DNA of 63,972 nt, the filler included, from Stramenopiles sp. TOSAG23-2 (Eukaryota): NCBI GenBank assembly GCA_900128395.1. It is 3 parts of 3 records of this genome, joined end to end, with 100 filler letters (N's around TTAATTAATTAA, not from the genome) between each part and the next. Parts side by side here need not be neighbours in the genome. Positions count along the whole stretch, not along the records: positions 1 to 22,738 come from LT649501.1; 2 more parts are not named here. One strand, given 5' to 3'. Made by a program: the position numbers and the translations under genes. Of this stretch, positions 9,888-22,838 are shown piece after piece. Numbering within the stretch: position 1 is the first letter of the stretch; the number at the start of each line of letters is the position of its first letter. The notes beneath the pieces are model-generated. The model searched no databases. It was given only the letters and a program-made list of their open reading frames with translations, and was not told where the DNA came from.

Positions 9888-11419
9888 CTACCTCCTCACC
9901 CAATCACTCCCACCAGTCGGTTTATATAATTGTACTTTACGTGCTAATTTTCTTAAAATCATATCATATGCATCCCCTTTCATTGAATATGGTTGTTGAT
10001 ATGTAAAATGAATCCAATTTTTACGTAATTCTGCCAACATTTCCAATATTCGTTCTTGTGGAATTGACATCAATATTTCTTTCAAATTAACAATATCAGA
10101 TTCCATTACTTTTACAGTAAATTTACGATAATCAATAAATTCTTCAAATGGCAATTCAATATTATCAGCTATAACAACTGGGATGCAACCTAATGCAACG
10201 GAATCAAAGAAACGTCTACTCCATGGTGCAAATCCACGTGGGCATAAGCAAAATAATGAATCCCGTACTTCTTGTAAATAATTTTTCGATGGTCCTTCAT
10301 AAATTTTCATCAATGCATCACCTTTAAAACGTTTTAATAAATATTGTCGTACACCATTACTATAATGTGGACTAAATCCAGATTTAATTTTCAAATCATA
10401 ATGTCCTTGTTCATGATACCAATTGACTGTACCACGAAAATGTGCAAATATTGTTTTGTTTTTTACATTCAAAGATTGGCCACCACGTCCATCTCTCCAT
10501 AATCTTGGATCAACCATTAATGGTGGTATGACAATATCTTTATGCGTATTGAAACATCCCATATTTAAATCACCTAAATGAGATAAAAATATCGAATTTC
10601 GTAATTCTTTAAAATAGATATGATCCGTATTATCTAACCATGATAAACAACCACCAAAATCATGTACAAATGGCCATATATGATCACGTCCTTGTGTACC
10701 TGTTTGTTTAATTAATGTATGATGTGTGTATACATATATATATGGTTAGAAAAATGATTATTGTTATTATTATGTATTAGGGAAGGAGTGTGTTTCTATT
10801 ATATTATATTACTGTAATATTATAATATATGATTGTGATACCTACGTTTCCAATATGGGAATTCATTTATAATATGTTTCAATACTTCTTCAACTAAAAA
10901 ACGATATTTTGGAAATTGACTAAATGAACGATATACTAAGCATGTTGCATAGACTGGTATGAAGAAAAAATCAGCCTCTTCCGGATCAAAAGTACGCACA
11001 CCATGTGCATTATTGATTAATTGTTGGTGAATATATATTTCACTTGAAAACACACCATTACTACACCATGGATTACGTTTATGTATTAAACTATTCGCCC
11101 ATAATGGTAAATCATATACATATATTTTAAAATTATATTTTGATGTTTTTGTTCCAACGACTTTACTGCCAATATTTGGTACGGAAGATGATGCGGCAGA
11201 ACCTAGATTATTATTTCCACCAAACATATTACTAAACAAATTTAACCTAGATATTCTATTATTGTTATTGTTATTATTATCATTATTATTTGCTACGATA
11301 CTATTTAATGTCCTTCGCCGTTTTTCCAAATTATTATTATTCATTGATAAAAATACAATACTACCACATATTGCACATATAATATATATTACTATACGTG
11401 CAACTTTATTTAACGCCAT
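9888..11419 (-). CDS. Exostosin-family glycosyltransferase (GT47), type II membrane protein; two exons (11419-10846, 10699-9888)
   Basis: N-terminal TM; KIYVYDLP, DPEEADFFFIP, FCLCPRG and GCIPVVIAD motifs. Removing intron 10845-10700 (GTAGGT...CTAAC...CAG on the - strand) restores PYWKRTQGRDHIW. Confidence 0.9.
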
Positions 11420-11776
11420 TGTTCTGTTATAATATTGTTGTTATATTAGGTGTATGAATTATATGTATAAGTACATTTTGGTTAGATAGAATTATATGTT
11501 TTTATTATTTTTAGTATTAAATATTTTTATATATATATATTATTTATGTTTGTATTTTTTTAATAATGGTATTTCCATGTAAATATTTTTATTATACATG
11601 ATTGTTGATGAATAAACTCCATCTTCTCATACTACATATAAAAAATTATAGAAATTACGAAAAATATTTTATATATAAAATATACTCGTATTTTATCACA
11701 CAACAAAACACAAAACATTAAAACACATGTATATACATACACACGATCATAAAAACTTTTAAAAAACATCCATCAT

Positions 11777-13927
11777 TTAAAACAAATCAGGACGTTGTGG
11801 GCAACAAAGACTGTAAAAATCTTTTTTCGAAAAAGTATCAATACCTCTCCATCCACATGCAGTTGCTTTGTAACCTTCCAACATCACTACACGATCTTGT
11901 ATTGTATTTAAAACATCTTCCCCGCAATAATGTGGATCTAATATTAAATATTCCGTCAAACCAGTTTGATCATTCCATGCAACACCTATAATAGTAAATG
12001 CAAGTGCACCACCACCAATCATAATTGGCGTACCTTGTGTTTCAAAATGTTTTGCAACTTCCCTTGCAATAGTTCCTAATTCTTCCCCTGTACGTACAAA
12101 TATAATTTTAAACGTAACATTTAATACATGTTCTAAATATCGTCCAACTTCTTGTGATCCAATCCAATCTTTTGTTCCAACAAAACTTCTTTTTTTTTCA
12201 CCTGCATCTACTAATACTTCTTGTATTTCACGATGAGATGGTACTGGTAATGTTGTATAATTATTAAAACGAAACCAGGATACTAAAGTTTGCAAGGATC
12301 TATATGCACATCCCCATCCTTTATCATCATATCGATCTTGCATATAATGATAATAAATATATTCACCATGTACTAAATATAATTTCGTACCATCATCACC
12401 AGGTTTTTTCAATCCAACATGTACATTTTTCAATTTAAATGGTGTTGGTGATACACCACCGATAAAATCGTTGTTTGTAATGTGTGTATATCCGTTATCA
12501 TTATCATTACTTCTACTGCCATCATCTGCGGCGGAAAAATTTATTGCACAACCTAATTTAAACATTGGTCTATTTGCTGGAATATGCATTGCAAATCGTT
12601 TATGTATTGATGCACGTATGCTTTTATATTTATCACTATTTTCATAATCATCATCCATATTTATTATTAATGTAATTAAATGTGATAATCCTTTCGGTGC
12701 AAAATGAAAATTTTGATATGATTTTGAAAATTGATTGTTTTTCTCATTATCAAAAATTGAATCTTTGATTACATCAAATTGATTATGCAATCCATTTAAA
12801 CCATCATTACATGTTTTATCAATGGTAATAATAGTTGTATTATTATTGTTATCATCATCATTATTATTTATACTTTCATCAATGACAAATACTAATGTTT
12901 CACAATTCATTTTACAAACTACATGTTGTGTACCATTCGGTAATATTACGCCATTTCCACTAATTGAAGAATCTGATGAAGATTGGCCATTTCCACTAAT
13001 TGAAGAATCTGATGAAGATTGACGACGTAAATGAATATTTAAAATATTACTTTCATCATGTAATATTGATGTAATATTTGTTAAAATTGGATTTGTATCA
13101 ATCTCTAAATCACCTTGAATTTTGTATTTATCATCACTTCCTCCACCTTTGCCACCACCACCTTTCTTTTTTCCTTTTCCTTTATTACCTTTTCCACCAC
13201 CTTTTTTACCTTTTTTGCCTTTCGATGATGATGATGATGCTTGAGAGGAAGCTAATGATGCATTGAATTGATGGCTTTTCCATCCCATATTTGCATGTTG
13301 TTTTGGAACATCTTGTTGTTTAAAATAATCAACCGTAGGTAAAAGATATTTATTTCCTTCCTTATCATTTAATGTTATAATTTGATTATTTGGTAATAAA
13401 CCTATGTAATTGTCGTTGTTATTACTTTCAGGGCGAGAAGGTAAAAAAGGATTCAATGTTTCCTCTACGTATTGTTTAAATACTTTTTCATTTCCATTTA
13501 CATTTGGTAAAATTGGTATGAGTGTTTGTGTTTGTAATGTTGCACGTATGTATTTATTATTACTAATATTATTTACATTGCTGTTTATGTCAATTTTTTT
13601 AATAGTTTTTGCATTGCCATTAACCATAAATGCTGTATCTATATTAGATATTATAAAATTTGCTGGCAAAACGGTTTGATAACGATCAGTGGAAAATATT
13701 TGATCTTTTATGCTATTTTCTGTTGCATCCTTTACATACAGCCCAACTGCTTTCAAGTTGTATGGAATCATTCTTGAAACCTCTTTCCAATCATCCATCA
13801 AGTTTTTATTGTTTTCGATAATACAACAAGACAATACATTTGTATTGTCTCCATTGGTATATCCAATTAACCATGCAGTTTGAGTGATGGTGGAAGTTGT
13901 GGTGGTGAAATTGAATGTTACACTCAT
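11777..13927 (-). CDS. UFSP2: Ufm1-specific protease 2 (peptidase C78)
   Basis: DDKGWGCAYRSLQT catalytic Cys box, PIMIGGG and ILDPHY motifs; long N-terminal domain. Confidence 0.92.
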   Translation of the reverse strand: MSVTFNFTTTTSTITQTAWLIGYTNGDNTNVLSCCIIENNKNLMDDWKEVSRMIPYNLKAVGLYVKDATENSIKDQIFSTDRYQTVLPANFIISNIDTAFMVNGNAKTIKKIDINSNVNNISNNKYIRATLQTQTLIPILPNVNGNEKVFKQYVEETLNPFLPSRPESNNNDNYIGLLPNNQIITLNDKEGNKYLLPTVDYFKQQDVPKQHANMGWKSHQFNASLASSQASSSSSKGKKGKKGGGKGNKGKGKKKGGGGKGGGSDDKYKIQGDLEIDTNPILTNITSILHDESNILNIHLRRQSSSDSSISGNGQSSSDSSISGNGVILPNGTQHVVCKMNCETLVFVIDESINNNDDDNNNNTTIITIDKTCNDGLNGLHNQFDVIKDSIFDNEKNNQFSKSYQNFHFAPKGLSHLITLIINMDDDYENSDKYKSIRASIHKRFAMHIPANRPMFKLGCAINFSAADDGSRSNDNDNGYTHITNNDFIGGVSPTPFKLKNVHVGLKKPGDDGTKLYLVHGEYIYYHYMQDRYDDKGWGCAYRSLQTLVSWFRFNNYTTLPVPSHREIQEVLVDAGEKKRSFVGTKDWIGSQEVGRYLEHVLNVTFKIIFVRTGEELGTIAREVAKHFETQGTPIMIGGGALAFTIIGVAWNDQTGLTEYLILDPHYCGEDVLNTIQDRVVMLEGYKATACGWRGIDTFSKKDFYSLCCPQRPDLF

Positions 13928-14299
13928 TGTTAATATATTAAAGGAGTTGTAATCTTTAGTTTTTATCTTCTAAATTTGTTTTCATGAAATATAGACTTGG
14001 TATACAAAATCTATTATTCATTTGCACATTTCTTATTTCTTTCGGTGGTGTTGAGCATCGTGTTTTTTTGAGATTTGATCAATATATTATTCAAGTTTAA
14101 GTTTAATTCTTCTTTATAATTCGGTGTGTAGTGCTGTATAATATATGGGTTTCCTGCTGATGGTTCTTTTTTTCCTTAATTTTAATTTTTTTGTAACCCT
14201 GATCCTAACATGAAAATGAACGGAGTGCTATAGTGCTATGCCAAGCTAAAAGATGACATTTTGCAATGAGCTTGCCAGGCTTGCATCTGCACTTGCATC

Positions 14300-14762
14300 C
14301 TATATATTTATATATATATTTTTATATGTATATAAGTTTTTATCAAAAAAAATTGTATTTTTTAAATCATGGTGAAAGTGTTTATGCTTATTGTATTTTT
14401 TTTGAAATTCCGCCAATGCTTCCCTTCCTCCACTGTTGTGTAGGAACTTTATTCGATTTATTAGTTGTTCTTTTGTCAATGCTACCTTCCCACACTCATA
14501 CACATTGTGGCAGTTTGCACATTTTACTGCAAGTTCAAATTCTAATGCTTTTAATATCCGTTTATTTGTGTTGAACTTAAACCGTCTTTTCCCAGATGGT
14601 CCTATTTCTTGGAAACCATCCATGTTGACATGCGATATTTCCATGTCATTCGTTAGCATTCTTACACAAATTGGGCATGTGTTGAGCTGTAATAACCGGA
14701 AATATGTGTGTAATATTCTATCACTGAAAGTGCCAAATCTAGTATCAAATGATTTTAATTTT
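14300..14762 (-). CDS. Fragment with a CxxC...H...CxxCHN pattern, possible HNH/His-Me nuclease-like domain (5' incomplete)
   Basis: The frame is open upstream of the listed Met and gives NTCPICVRMLTNDMEISH...VKCANCHN. Confidence 0.4.
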
Positions 14763-14816
14763 TAAAATTATAAAGCAGAAGAAAAACAACAACAACAAGA
14801 AAATAATCATAATAAT

Positions 14817-15290
14817 ATGAATGAAGAAGAAAATAAACGCGATGATAATAAAAATATGTATAATAATAAGAAGAAAATGGAAAAAACAAGTAAGAAATCT
14901 AAATGGTCGTCTTGGTTATGTAAAAAACGAACAAAAAGAAAAGCGAATGCAACATTAGAAAAAAAAGATACTACTACTAATAATAATAATAATAATGAAA
15001 AAGACAATGAAGACGACCAGAAGGAAAAAAATAAGGTTGAGGGTGCAACTGTAAAAAAAAATGAGATAAAGGAGAAAATTGATGAAATTGATGATGAAGA
15101 AGAAGTCAAACCATTAGTAGATGAAACTAATGTCGAAGAGGATGGTGGTATATTCGATATTGATACATTCAATATCAACAATAAAACACCATATGAAGAT
15201 TTATTTTACAAACCATTGCATACGTATCTTGAATCATTTTTCAAATCGAAATTGAACGAAAAATTATTTTTAATTTCCGAAAATGATTAA
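14817..15290 (+). CDS. Hypothetical charged low-complexity protein (possibly a fragment)
   Basis: 157-aa K/E/D/N-rich ORF with coding-like composition; no recognisable domain. Confidence 0.4.
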   Translation: MNEEENKRDDNKNMYNNKKKMEKTSKKSKWSSWLCKKRTKRKANATLEKKDTTTNNNNNNEKDNEDDQKEKNKVEGATVKKNEIKEKIDEIDDEEEVKPLVDETNVEEDGGIFDIDTFNINNKTPYEDLFYKPLHTYLESFFKSKLNEKLFLISEND

Positions 15291-15809
15291 AATATTACAA
15301 TAGATCGTGATAGGATAAAATTAAAAATATCCGAAATATGGTTTATTCGGTTAAGTTTAGTTTTTTATTACAGCTACTATAGCTATTTTAATTTATATTT
15401 TATACTCTTATATTTAGGTTAGGCGGAGTTAGTCCTTAAAAATGACTGGGATTAGGCGCGCGGTTTTATATTTTAACTAAAAATAACTAGTTTGTTTTAT
15501 TATGAATATATCACACATGGCACCTGGCGGCATGCACAGCCTTTTTTTGTTTTATATGGTTTTACTATATAGGTTAGCTGGTTAGACTCTTTCGAATGAC
15601 AACAGATATAGTACCAGGTATGAGTTGTATCAGAGAGGAGGATAGTATATAATATAATATAATACAATAAACTTATATCTATCCAGCTATCCTTCAAAAT
15701 AATAAACTGGAAACAAACAAACATCTCCAATATATACAGTATATATATACATAAGTATATAAGTATCATATTTACAACCAGAATTATTTCAGTCGAAACT
15801 TATTAAAAG

Positions 15810-17549
15810 ATGGCACAATGCCAAAAGTTTCGCCTTCTATTTAATATTAAATACTATAAAATATTAAAATGTTTTTTTTTGCTTATTACTTTTATTAATT
15901 GTCTAAGTTTTTGTTTAGGTCAGTGTGACAATGGTACGTTTTACGTTGCGGCAACAAATAAATGTGAAAAGTGTCCTGTTGGTACATTTAATACTGACGG
16001 AAATGCATCTAAATGTCGTGCATGTCCATACGGTTACATCGGTGAAACGGAAGGTCTCAGCGTATGCGTTAAATGCGACAAACCAGAGAATTGTCCAGTA
16101 GGAACGTTTAACACATTATCGTCAACACAAGTAAATATACGTAATGGAAACAAAATGAAACAATACAACAACTCAGAAGCAATCTCTAAACCACCATCAC
16201 ATTGTGACGAAGATATAGGTGACGGATGGAGTATGTTGTATGCCATGTTATTTACTAGTTTGGGTATATTAATATTCCACTCGTGCTTCATACAGACGTT
16301 GATTTATTTTCTTTCCTGCTGTATTCATAAAGAAACAGCGAGGGTCAAGGTCTTAGCCCGTTTGGACAAGCTCCAGAGTAACTGGGGGTCCTGGGAAGGT
16401 GATAATGTAGACGATCAAGAACTTGTACCGCCAAATCCATCCGCATTTGGAGCTGCGTATACTCTTGCATTTATTCCTATTTGTGCATATACAATATATC
16501 AATTGATTTTTTCCAATAACCCAAGATGTTCTGCTGGATTGCAAATTTTAAGTCCAATTCGTGCGAATGGTACAATGAACTGGACAATTGAACTACCTAC
16601 AGTTGCTGATACGGTATGCACCACATTTGTCAACAAAAATACTATTGGTTTTACAGAGACTGATGCTGCACCCCATTTAATTGATGTGGGAAAGTGTAAT
16701 AAAGTAGTATGCAAAGAATGCAAATTAGATGCGGTAAATGAACTTTCGTTTCAAGTTCCATATATTGCACAAGTTGCAAAGGTCATTTATAAAGCGCCTG
16801 TAGCTGCACCTGATCAACCACCTCAAGTTTCATGGGCGTATATACGGCCTAAAAATGGTTCCTGGGCATTTAATGATAATGCTGAAATTGTTCAAGATTT
16901 TCGTGCTCGAGAATCATTCTTTCAAGACAAAACAGTAGGGAGAAGACAAGGGGTTAAAGTATCACGTGATACTGGATTGTTGGCCCATAGTGGTTTTGTC
17001 ATTGAAGCGGATGCACCGCGTTCGACTGCTTATATGGAAAGTCAAAGCATAACTTATAACTCTAACTCTTATTGGACATTACGAATTCGAATATCACGAG
17101 AAGGAACCGTGCAATATGTTGAAAAAGCATATTTGCAAGATTCTGTACAGTTATTTTTCGCTGTTATTGCGGGTGTATCCGTTGGTTTTTCGTTTTGGGT
17201 TGGTGCATTTCATGGATGGTTGGTTATAGTAATTAATGCCGTTAGAAAGCGTTGTTGCAAGCCAAAAGAAAATTATAGTTTGAAAGATTTAAAAAAAAGT
17301 AAATCAGACATACTGAAAGATAGAATAGGCAAATTGGAAAATAAAAACAATAATTTGGAGTATAAAATATTAGAACTTACGACATTACTAAGGAATCATG
17401 GCATCGTTAATAAGACTAATAAAAAGCCGGAAGAATCAAAAGACGTAAATGATGATAACGAAGAAGAAAGAAATCCATCAGTCGTGCCAGACAAGGAAGC
17501 TACTACTTCAAATTCAGCAGAAAATAATACTAGCATGGAATCGATATAG
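15810..17549 (+). CDS. Cell-surface membrane protein with Cys-rich GCC2/GCC3 (ephrin-receptor-like) repeats, TM segments and a coiled-coil tail
   Basis: Signal-like hydrophobic N-terminus; CEKCPVGTF and CRACPYGY repeats; three later hydrophobic segments. Confidence 0.7.
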   Translation: MAQCQKFRLLFNIKYYKILKCFFLLITFINCLSFCLGQCDNGTFYVAATNKCEKCPVGTFNTDGNASKCRACPYGYIGETEGLSVCVKCDKPENCPVGTFNTLSSTQVNIRNGNKMKQYNNSEAISKPPSHCDEDIGDGWSMLYAMLFTSLGILIFHSCFIQTLIYFLSCCIHKETARVKVLARLDKLQSNWGSWEGDNVDDQELVPPNPSAFGAAYTLAFIPICAYTIYQLIFSNNPRCSAGLQILSPIRANGTMNWTIELPTVADTVCTTFVNKNTIGFTETDAAPHLIDVGKCNKVVCKECKLDAVNELSFQVPYIAQVAKVIYKAPVAAPDQPPQVSWAYIRPKNGSWAFNDNAEIVQDFRARESFFQDKTVGRRQGVKVSRDTGLLAHSGFVIEADAPRSTAYMESQSITYNSNSYWTLRIRISREGTVQYVEKAYLQDSVQLFFAVIAGVSVGFSFWVGAFHGWLVIVINAVRKRCCKPKENYSLKDLKKSKSDILKDRIGKLENKNNNLEYKILELTTLLRNHGIVNKTNKKPEESKDVNDDNEEERNPSVVPDKEATTSNSAENNTSMESI

Positions 17550-18080
17550 TACAATACCGGTATAGCGTGTTGATGGTAGACGAAAAAAATGAAACTACAT
17601 CCTCGTATACAGTTTAAAGTTAGACACTATAACTAGAGTAAGCAAATTTTAACAATTTTCATATATTAAGTGCAAATATAATTAAGAATACCTTTAATAC
17701 AAATTTAAGGAGATTAAAGTAAAGTACTAAAATGACAAAACGTTCATGGACATAATAATTGGAAAATATCCGTAAAATATTTTTATGGCCCTACACCTTA
17801 TACACCTCTATTATTTTTCTATTATTGCTATTATAAATTCTTCGTTTTCTTGCTTTATCTTGAGACCTGCTATATTATACAATATAAATACCAAGTAATT
17901 TACTACTCTCGTTGGACTTAAAAAAGATGTTAATGTGGTATCTTTATATATATTATTGATCAATGAATAAAAAGAAGGAAGGAAAAGAAATACCAATTTC
18001 GAACACTATTCGCGCATATCATTTACAATAAACAGCTGTAATTAACAAACAAATTAACAAAATAAGACCAAAAAAACAAC

Positions 18081-19320
18081 ATGAGTACATATAGAAAAAT
18101 TGTTGTATTACCAGAAAAATATGGCGATAGAAATTTTGAAACTGCTACGGCAATTAAAACCGTGGAAATTGTTCCACCTACTCCTAATCAAATTCAAGTG
18201 AGATGTACACACACTGGGATTGAAGCAAGTGATATTGTGCAAATGGTTGGTGGGTATGGTCGATTAGCTGGTAAAAAGCCAGTTTCTTCATGGAATGGTA
18301 CGGTACAGCTTGGTGATATGGGATGTGAAGGTACAGGTGTAATAACTGCTGTTGGATCAAACGTAACTAACTTTCAAGTTGGTGATGCTGTTGCTTATAC
18401 AACACCTTCTTTCCGTGAATATACATTAATTGATGTTAATACTGGCAATGGAATGTCTAATATTCCAGCAGCATTTAAAATACCTGCACCAACACCTGAA
18501 TGGACGGCTGTACCAATCTCTGCTTTGACTGCAACAGGTGGTCTAGAACAAGCATGTTCTATCAAAAGAGGACAAAATGTATTAGTCACAGCTGCTTCAG
18601 GTGGTACTGGTCACGTAAGTAATACCTGGTATACATATATCAATATAATAAGTATATAAGATCTTTTTCAGGAAATTTTTTCTCTAACATATTTTTTCAT
18701 ATAATTATTTACATATATAGATCGCAGTTCAATGGGCAAAAAAAATATGGGGATGTCGTGTTGCTGGTACATGTGGAAGTGCTGAAAAAGCAAATATGTT
18801 GAAAAGATTGGGTTGTGATGTTATTGTAAATTATCGTGAAGATGATGTAGAAACTATACTTGCTAAAGAATTTCCAAATGGATTTGATGTTGTCTATGAA
18901 GCTGTTGGTGGTAAAATTGGGAATATTGCCAGACGTTTACTTGCACCAAATGGTACATTAGCACAAATTGGGTTTGTCAGTACAGATTATAGCGGTGCAA
19001 CGAAAGGAGCATCTGATGGTGCCCCAGTAAAACTTAAGGATGGACAAAGTGAAATGTTTTATTTTGTTGGTGATTGGAAAGGTGCTAAAAAGACAAAGGA
19101 ATCATGGGATTTGTTAATTCAACGAACGATTGATGAAGTTGCGAAAGGTAATATTGAAATTGTTATGGATGATACATGCAATAGTTTTACAGGCCTTGAA
19201 GGTGTATACAAAGCACAAGCAAGGATGCGTGAAGGAAAAAATATTGGAAAAATATTTGCAAGTATTAATCCTGATTATGCTGCTGGATATGCAGCTGGTG
19301 TAAAAGCAAGTAAACTATGA
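18081..19320 (+). CDS. Zn-independent MDR oxidoreductase (PTGR3/ZADH2-like, quinone reductase family); two exons (18081-18614, 18721-19320); C-terminal SKL
   Basis: Removing intron 18615-18720 (GTAAGT...CTAAC...TAG) gives VLVTAASGGTGH/IAVQWAK; FDVVYEAVGG and NIGK motifs; ends ASKL. Confidence 0.9.
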
Positions 19321-19780
19321 AGGTTGTGCATGGAGAGGATCTTGTAAAAACATATTTTATTATTAAAATTAAAAAGATAAGAAAAACAACATTAACATTA
19401 TTTTTTATGGCGAGAGGAGATATTTTTTTATGAGAATCATACTTTAAAAATATGTATGTATTTAAATATATATACATACATACATATACGAGAAATAATA
19501 TATATACACGACTATATATCATCATATGTCGTACTCGTAGTATTTAAAACAAATTTTTTTTATTTTTATTTCTAAGCTTGTGTTATATATATGTAAAAAT
19601 AAAATTTTTATTTTGATTAATTTTAAAATAAAAAAACATAATTAAATATTTAAATTAAGATATATCACGCAAGATATATCAAATTATTTTACAATATATA
19701 TATATATATATAATTATGTGTATTTCTCTACCAATATCTAGCAAAATATATTTATTTTGTACATACGTATGTGTTTAACA

Positions 19781-20638
19781 TTACAACGCCGCTCCTACAC
19801 TTCTTAAATCAACTTTTAATAAGGAACCCCCATCAACATTAATTTCAACACCAGTCAGCCATGCACCGGCTCTTGAACTTAGATAAATACATGCTCCAGC
19901 CATATCTTTTAAATCTCCAATTCTTTGCCTTGGATTGCCTTTTGCTAATGCATTTCCAGCGGCAGCTATGGTTGCTCTCATCATTCGTGATTGAAATGCA
20001 CCAGGTAATATACAATTGACCGTAATATTTTCCAATGCTAAATGGCCAGCTAATACTTTTGATAAACGTCTTACGGCAGCTTTACCAGATGAATAAGCAT
20101 AGGTTGGCAACGATGGTACACTTGCACCATCAACAGAGGAAATGTTAATAACTCTTGCTGGATCTTCCCTTGTACCAGCACGTTTCATTAAAGGAAACAA
20201 TTGTTGTGTCAAATGAAATACGGCTCTTACATTTAAATCATAAACACGATCCCATCCCTCCAATGTATATTGAGAAAATGGTTGGGACCAATTAGTACCT
20301 GCATTATTGACTAAAACATGTACACCATTAGGTTCTAACCTTTCCAATTCTTTTACCAATTTTACTACGTCATCTGGTTTCGATAAATCACTTTGTATTG
20401 AAACGCACCTGCCACCCGTATTTCTTTCATTCAATAGATTTGCATATGCAGATGTATCTTTCCTAGATGTGATATAGACACGGCTACCATTTTCACAAAA
20501 ACCAGCAGCAATCATTGCCCCAATGCCACTACCACCTCCAGTTACAACCACTACTTTATTTTTCACTGAAAATAAGTTAGATACGTTTACTTCACCAGGC
20601 GGTGGTAATGGATTTTCATTTGCGATAGGTTTTGGCAT
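19781..20638 (-). CDS. Short-chain dehydrogenase/reductase (RhlG-like)
   Basis: TGGGSGIG, NNAG, YxxxK (YSSGK) and VDGG motifs. Confidence 0.92.
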   Translation of the reverse strand: MPKPIANENPLPPPGEVNVSNLFSVKNKVVVVTGGGSGIGAMIAAGFCENGSRVYITSRKDTSAYANLLNERNTGGRCVSIQSDLSKPDDVVKLVKELERLEPNGVHVLVNNAGTNWSQPFSQYTLEGWDRVYDLNVRAVFHLTQQLFPLMKRAGTREDPARVINISSVDGASVPSLPTYAYSSGKAAVRRLSKVLAGHLALENITVNCILPGAFQSRMMRATIAAAGNALAKGNPRQRIGDLKDMAGACIYLSSRAGAWLTGVEINVDGGSLLKVDLRSVGAAL

Positions 20639-21230
20639 TTTAATTAAAGTTATAATTATTTACGTATTCAATTTTGATTTCTTAATAGCTAATAACTTGA
20701 TTTTTTTTATTTCCTTTATCTTTTGCATATACATATTATATAAATAAATATTTTTTCATGTATATTATTATTAATTATGAAGTATATATATATTATAACT
20801 ATACCAGGTACAGGTGCACAGCATTATATAATTGCGCGAAAAAAAGAAGAAAGGATTTAGATTGAAGCGAGGGCCATTTTTTCATTAATTTTTACGTCCC
20901 ACCCAAGCCACGGCAAGGGTTTGCCCGTGCTTATTATGCTATTTCAATGCTATTCCTGCTCAACATTCTAATTCTATAATACTATAAATCTCATTCAAAG
21001 AAGAAGAAGAATTAAATAATATATTAGCAAAACTATAGATATATATATATATATATCCGGATAGTATATTGGTGTGAGATATACTAGTATAATAAAGCGA
21101 ATCATAGAACAAAATAATAATATACGTAGTACCAGTAATAGCAACATTTTCAATATATAATAATATAATCAGTTTAATAAATAAGAATTGTGTATACATA
21201 CGTAAAAAAAAATTTTAATACAATTAAATA

Positions 21231-21929
21231 ATGGCCACATCAGTCACGGAAGCAACCATGAAGCGTATATCTTACAGGCGCTTTTTAAAAAAAACTGTAT
21301 CGGAAAAAGATGTACGTGAAATATTAGATACGGCACGATTTGCACCAAGTGGTGGTAATACTCAACCTTGGCATTGTTATGTACTTGCTGGGGATGCAAA
21401 AGACAATTTAACAAAAGCTATCTTTAATAGTACAGGAAGACCACCAAAACCAGAATATAGTGTTTATCCTGGTAAAAAAGATATGCCAGAGGATATGTAT
21501 GACGTATACATGAAACGTAGGCGTACATTAGCTGCTGAAATGTATAGGTTAATGGGTGTATCGTATGATGATAAAAAAGGTCGTGCAGAAGCTATGATGA
21601 AGAATTTTGATTTCTTTGGTGCACCAGTTGGTATTCTTGTTACTGTTGATCGACCTGTTGATGTGAATGGTTGGGGACATGTAGGTTCGTTTTTACAAAC
21701 AATATGTTTATTGGCTGAAGAAAAAGGTATGGGTACTTGTTTACAAGAGGCATTTGGAAACTACTACCATGTCATATATGAACATTTGAATATACCAAAA
21801 GATCAAATATTATGGTGTGGTATATCATTAGGATATCCAGATATGGATCAACCAGTCAATACGTTACGTTCAGAAAGAGCACCAGTTGATGAATTTGCAT
21901 CATTCCATGGTTTTACAAGTAAAATATAA
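21231..21929 (+). CDS. Nitroreductase family flavoprotein; C-terminal SKI
   Basis: RISYRRF, APSGGNTQPW, NFDFFGAPVG and LGYPD motifs. Confidence 0.92.
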   Translation: MATSVTEATMKRISYRRFLKKTVSEKDVREILDTARFAPSGGNTQPWHCYVLAGDAKDNLTKAIFNSTGRPPKPEYSVYPGKKDMPEDMYDVYMKRRRTLAAEMYRLMGVSYDDKKGRAEAMMKNFDFFGAPVGILVTVDRPVDVNGWGHVGSFLQTICLLAEEKGMGTCLQEAFGNYYHVIYEHLNIPKDQILWCGISLGYPDMDQPVNTLRSERAPVDEFASFHGFTSKI

Positions 21930-22395
21930 ATACCACCCACCCCCACCCCCCTCCCGAAATCGGAGTGTCTGTGTGTTGTGTTTTATTTTTAAAATATTTA
22001 TATATTTATAAAATGAAAGATTATTAAAAATTTAAATTAAATTTAAAAAAGAGAGTTGTGTGCTTGATATTTTATAAAACCTACGTATGAGATAAATAAT
22101 GTGATGTGTTGCATTTTTATATTACGAGTATATATAGAAAAGCAAAATGAAAAAAAATACGAGTTGAGATACTCTCCCTCGTAATATTAAAATGTTTTTG
22201 TTATAAAACTTTACACACAGCTATATTATTCGAAAAAAATGCTACACACGTAATATAGCTATGCAGATTCCATTTTGTGTTGCATACAAAAAAAACACAT
22301 ATATCATATGTATATAATGCAAAAATATAGTACTGATCTCTCACAGTGTGTACTCTGGAGAAATATTTCTTTTACGTACGGAAGTATATATTTCT

Positions 22396-22738
22396 TTACA
22401 ATTTTGCATGTTGATGTTTCCTTCTTGGAATTAAACACATAACCCGTGCTTCAACTGATTTACGTGGAAGTGCATCAGGTTTTGTATTTTCATCATTAAA
22501 TGCAGTGTGTAATGTGGGAATAAATGGATTTTCATCACTATCATATGTTTTAAATACCATTACTTCATCTTTCATTAATTTTGGGTAATAATAAAATTTA
22601 TGATTAGGATTATATTCACTGGAAAATACTGGTAAGCCATTACCATTTCCACCTAAATCACTTGGTACAAGTTCATCTCTTCTGACTGTACTTTTATCAA
22701 CTAATGCTAACGGCATTGCATCCATCGGATATACTGTA
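22396..22738 (-). CDS. CmcJ/NvfI/AsaB-family oxidoreductase, 3' part only (truncated by gap); C-terminal AKL
   Basis: PLALVD, HKFYYYPKL, FKTYDS, HTAF and RKSVEAR motifs. Confidence 0.75.
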
Positions 22739-22782
22739 NNNNNNNNNNNNNNNNNNNNNNNNNNNNNNNNNNNNNNNNNNNN

Positions 22783-22794
22783 TTAATTAATTAA
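22783..22794. other. Artificial contig linker TTAATTAATTAA inside an N-run
   Basis: Six-frame-stop palindrome flanked by Ns; identical copy at 45612-45623. Confidence 0.9.
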
Positions 22795-22838
22795 NNNNNN
22801 NNNNNNNNNNNNNNNNNNNNNNNNNNNNNNNNNNNNNN

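Noticed and set aside
22739-22838. TTAATTAATTAA palindrome inside N-runs (also 45612-45623)
   Set aside because: Standard six-frame-stop linker used to concatenate contigs. Not biological, and gene adjacency across it is unproven.
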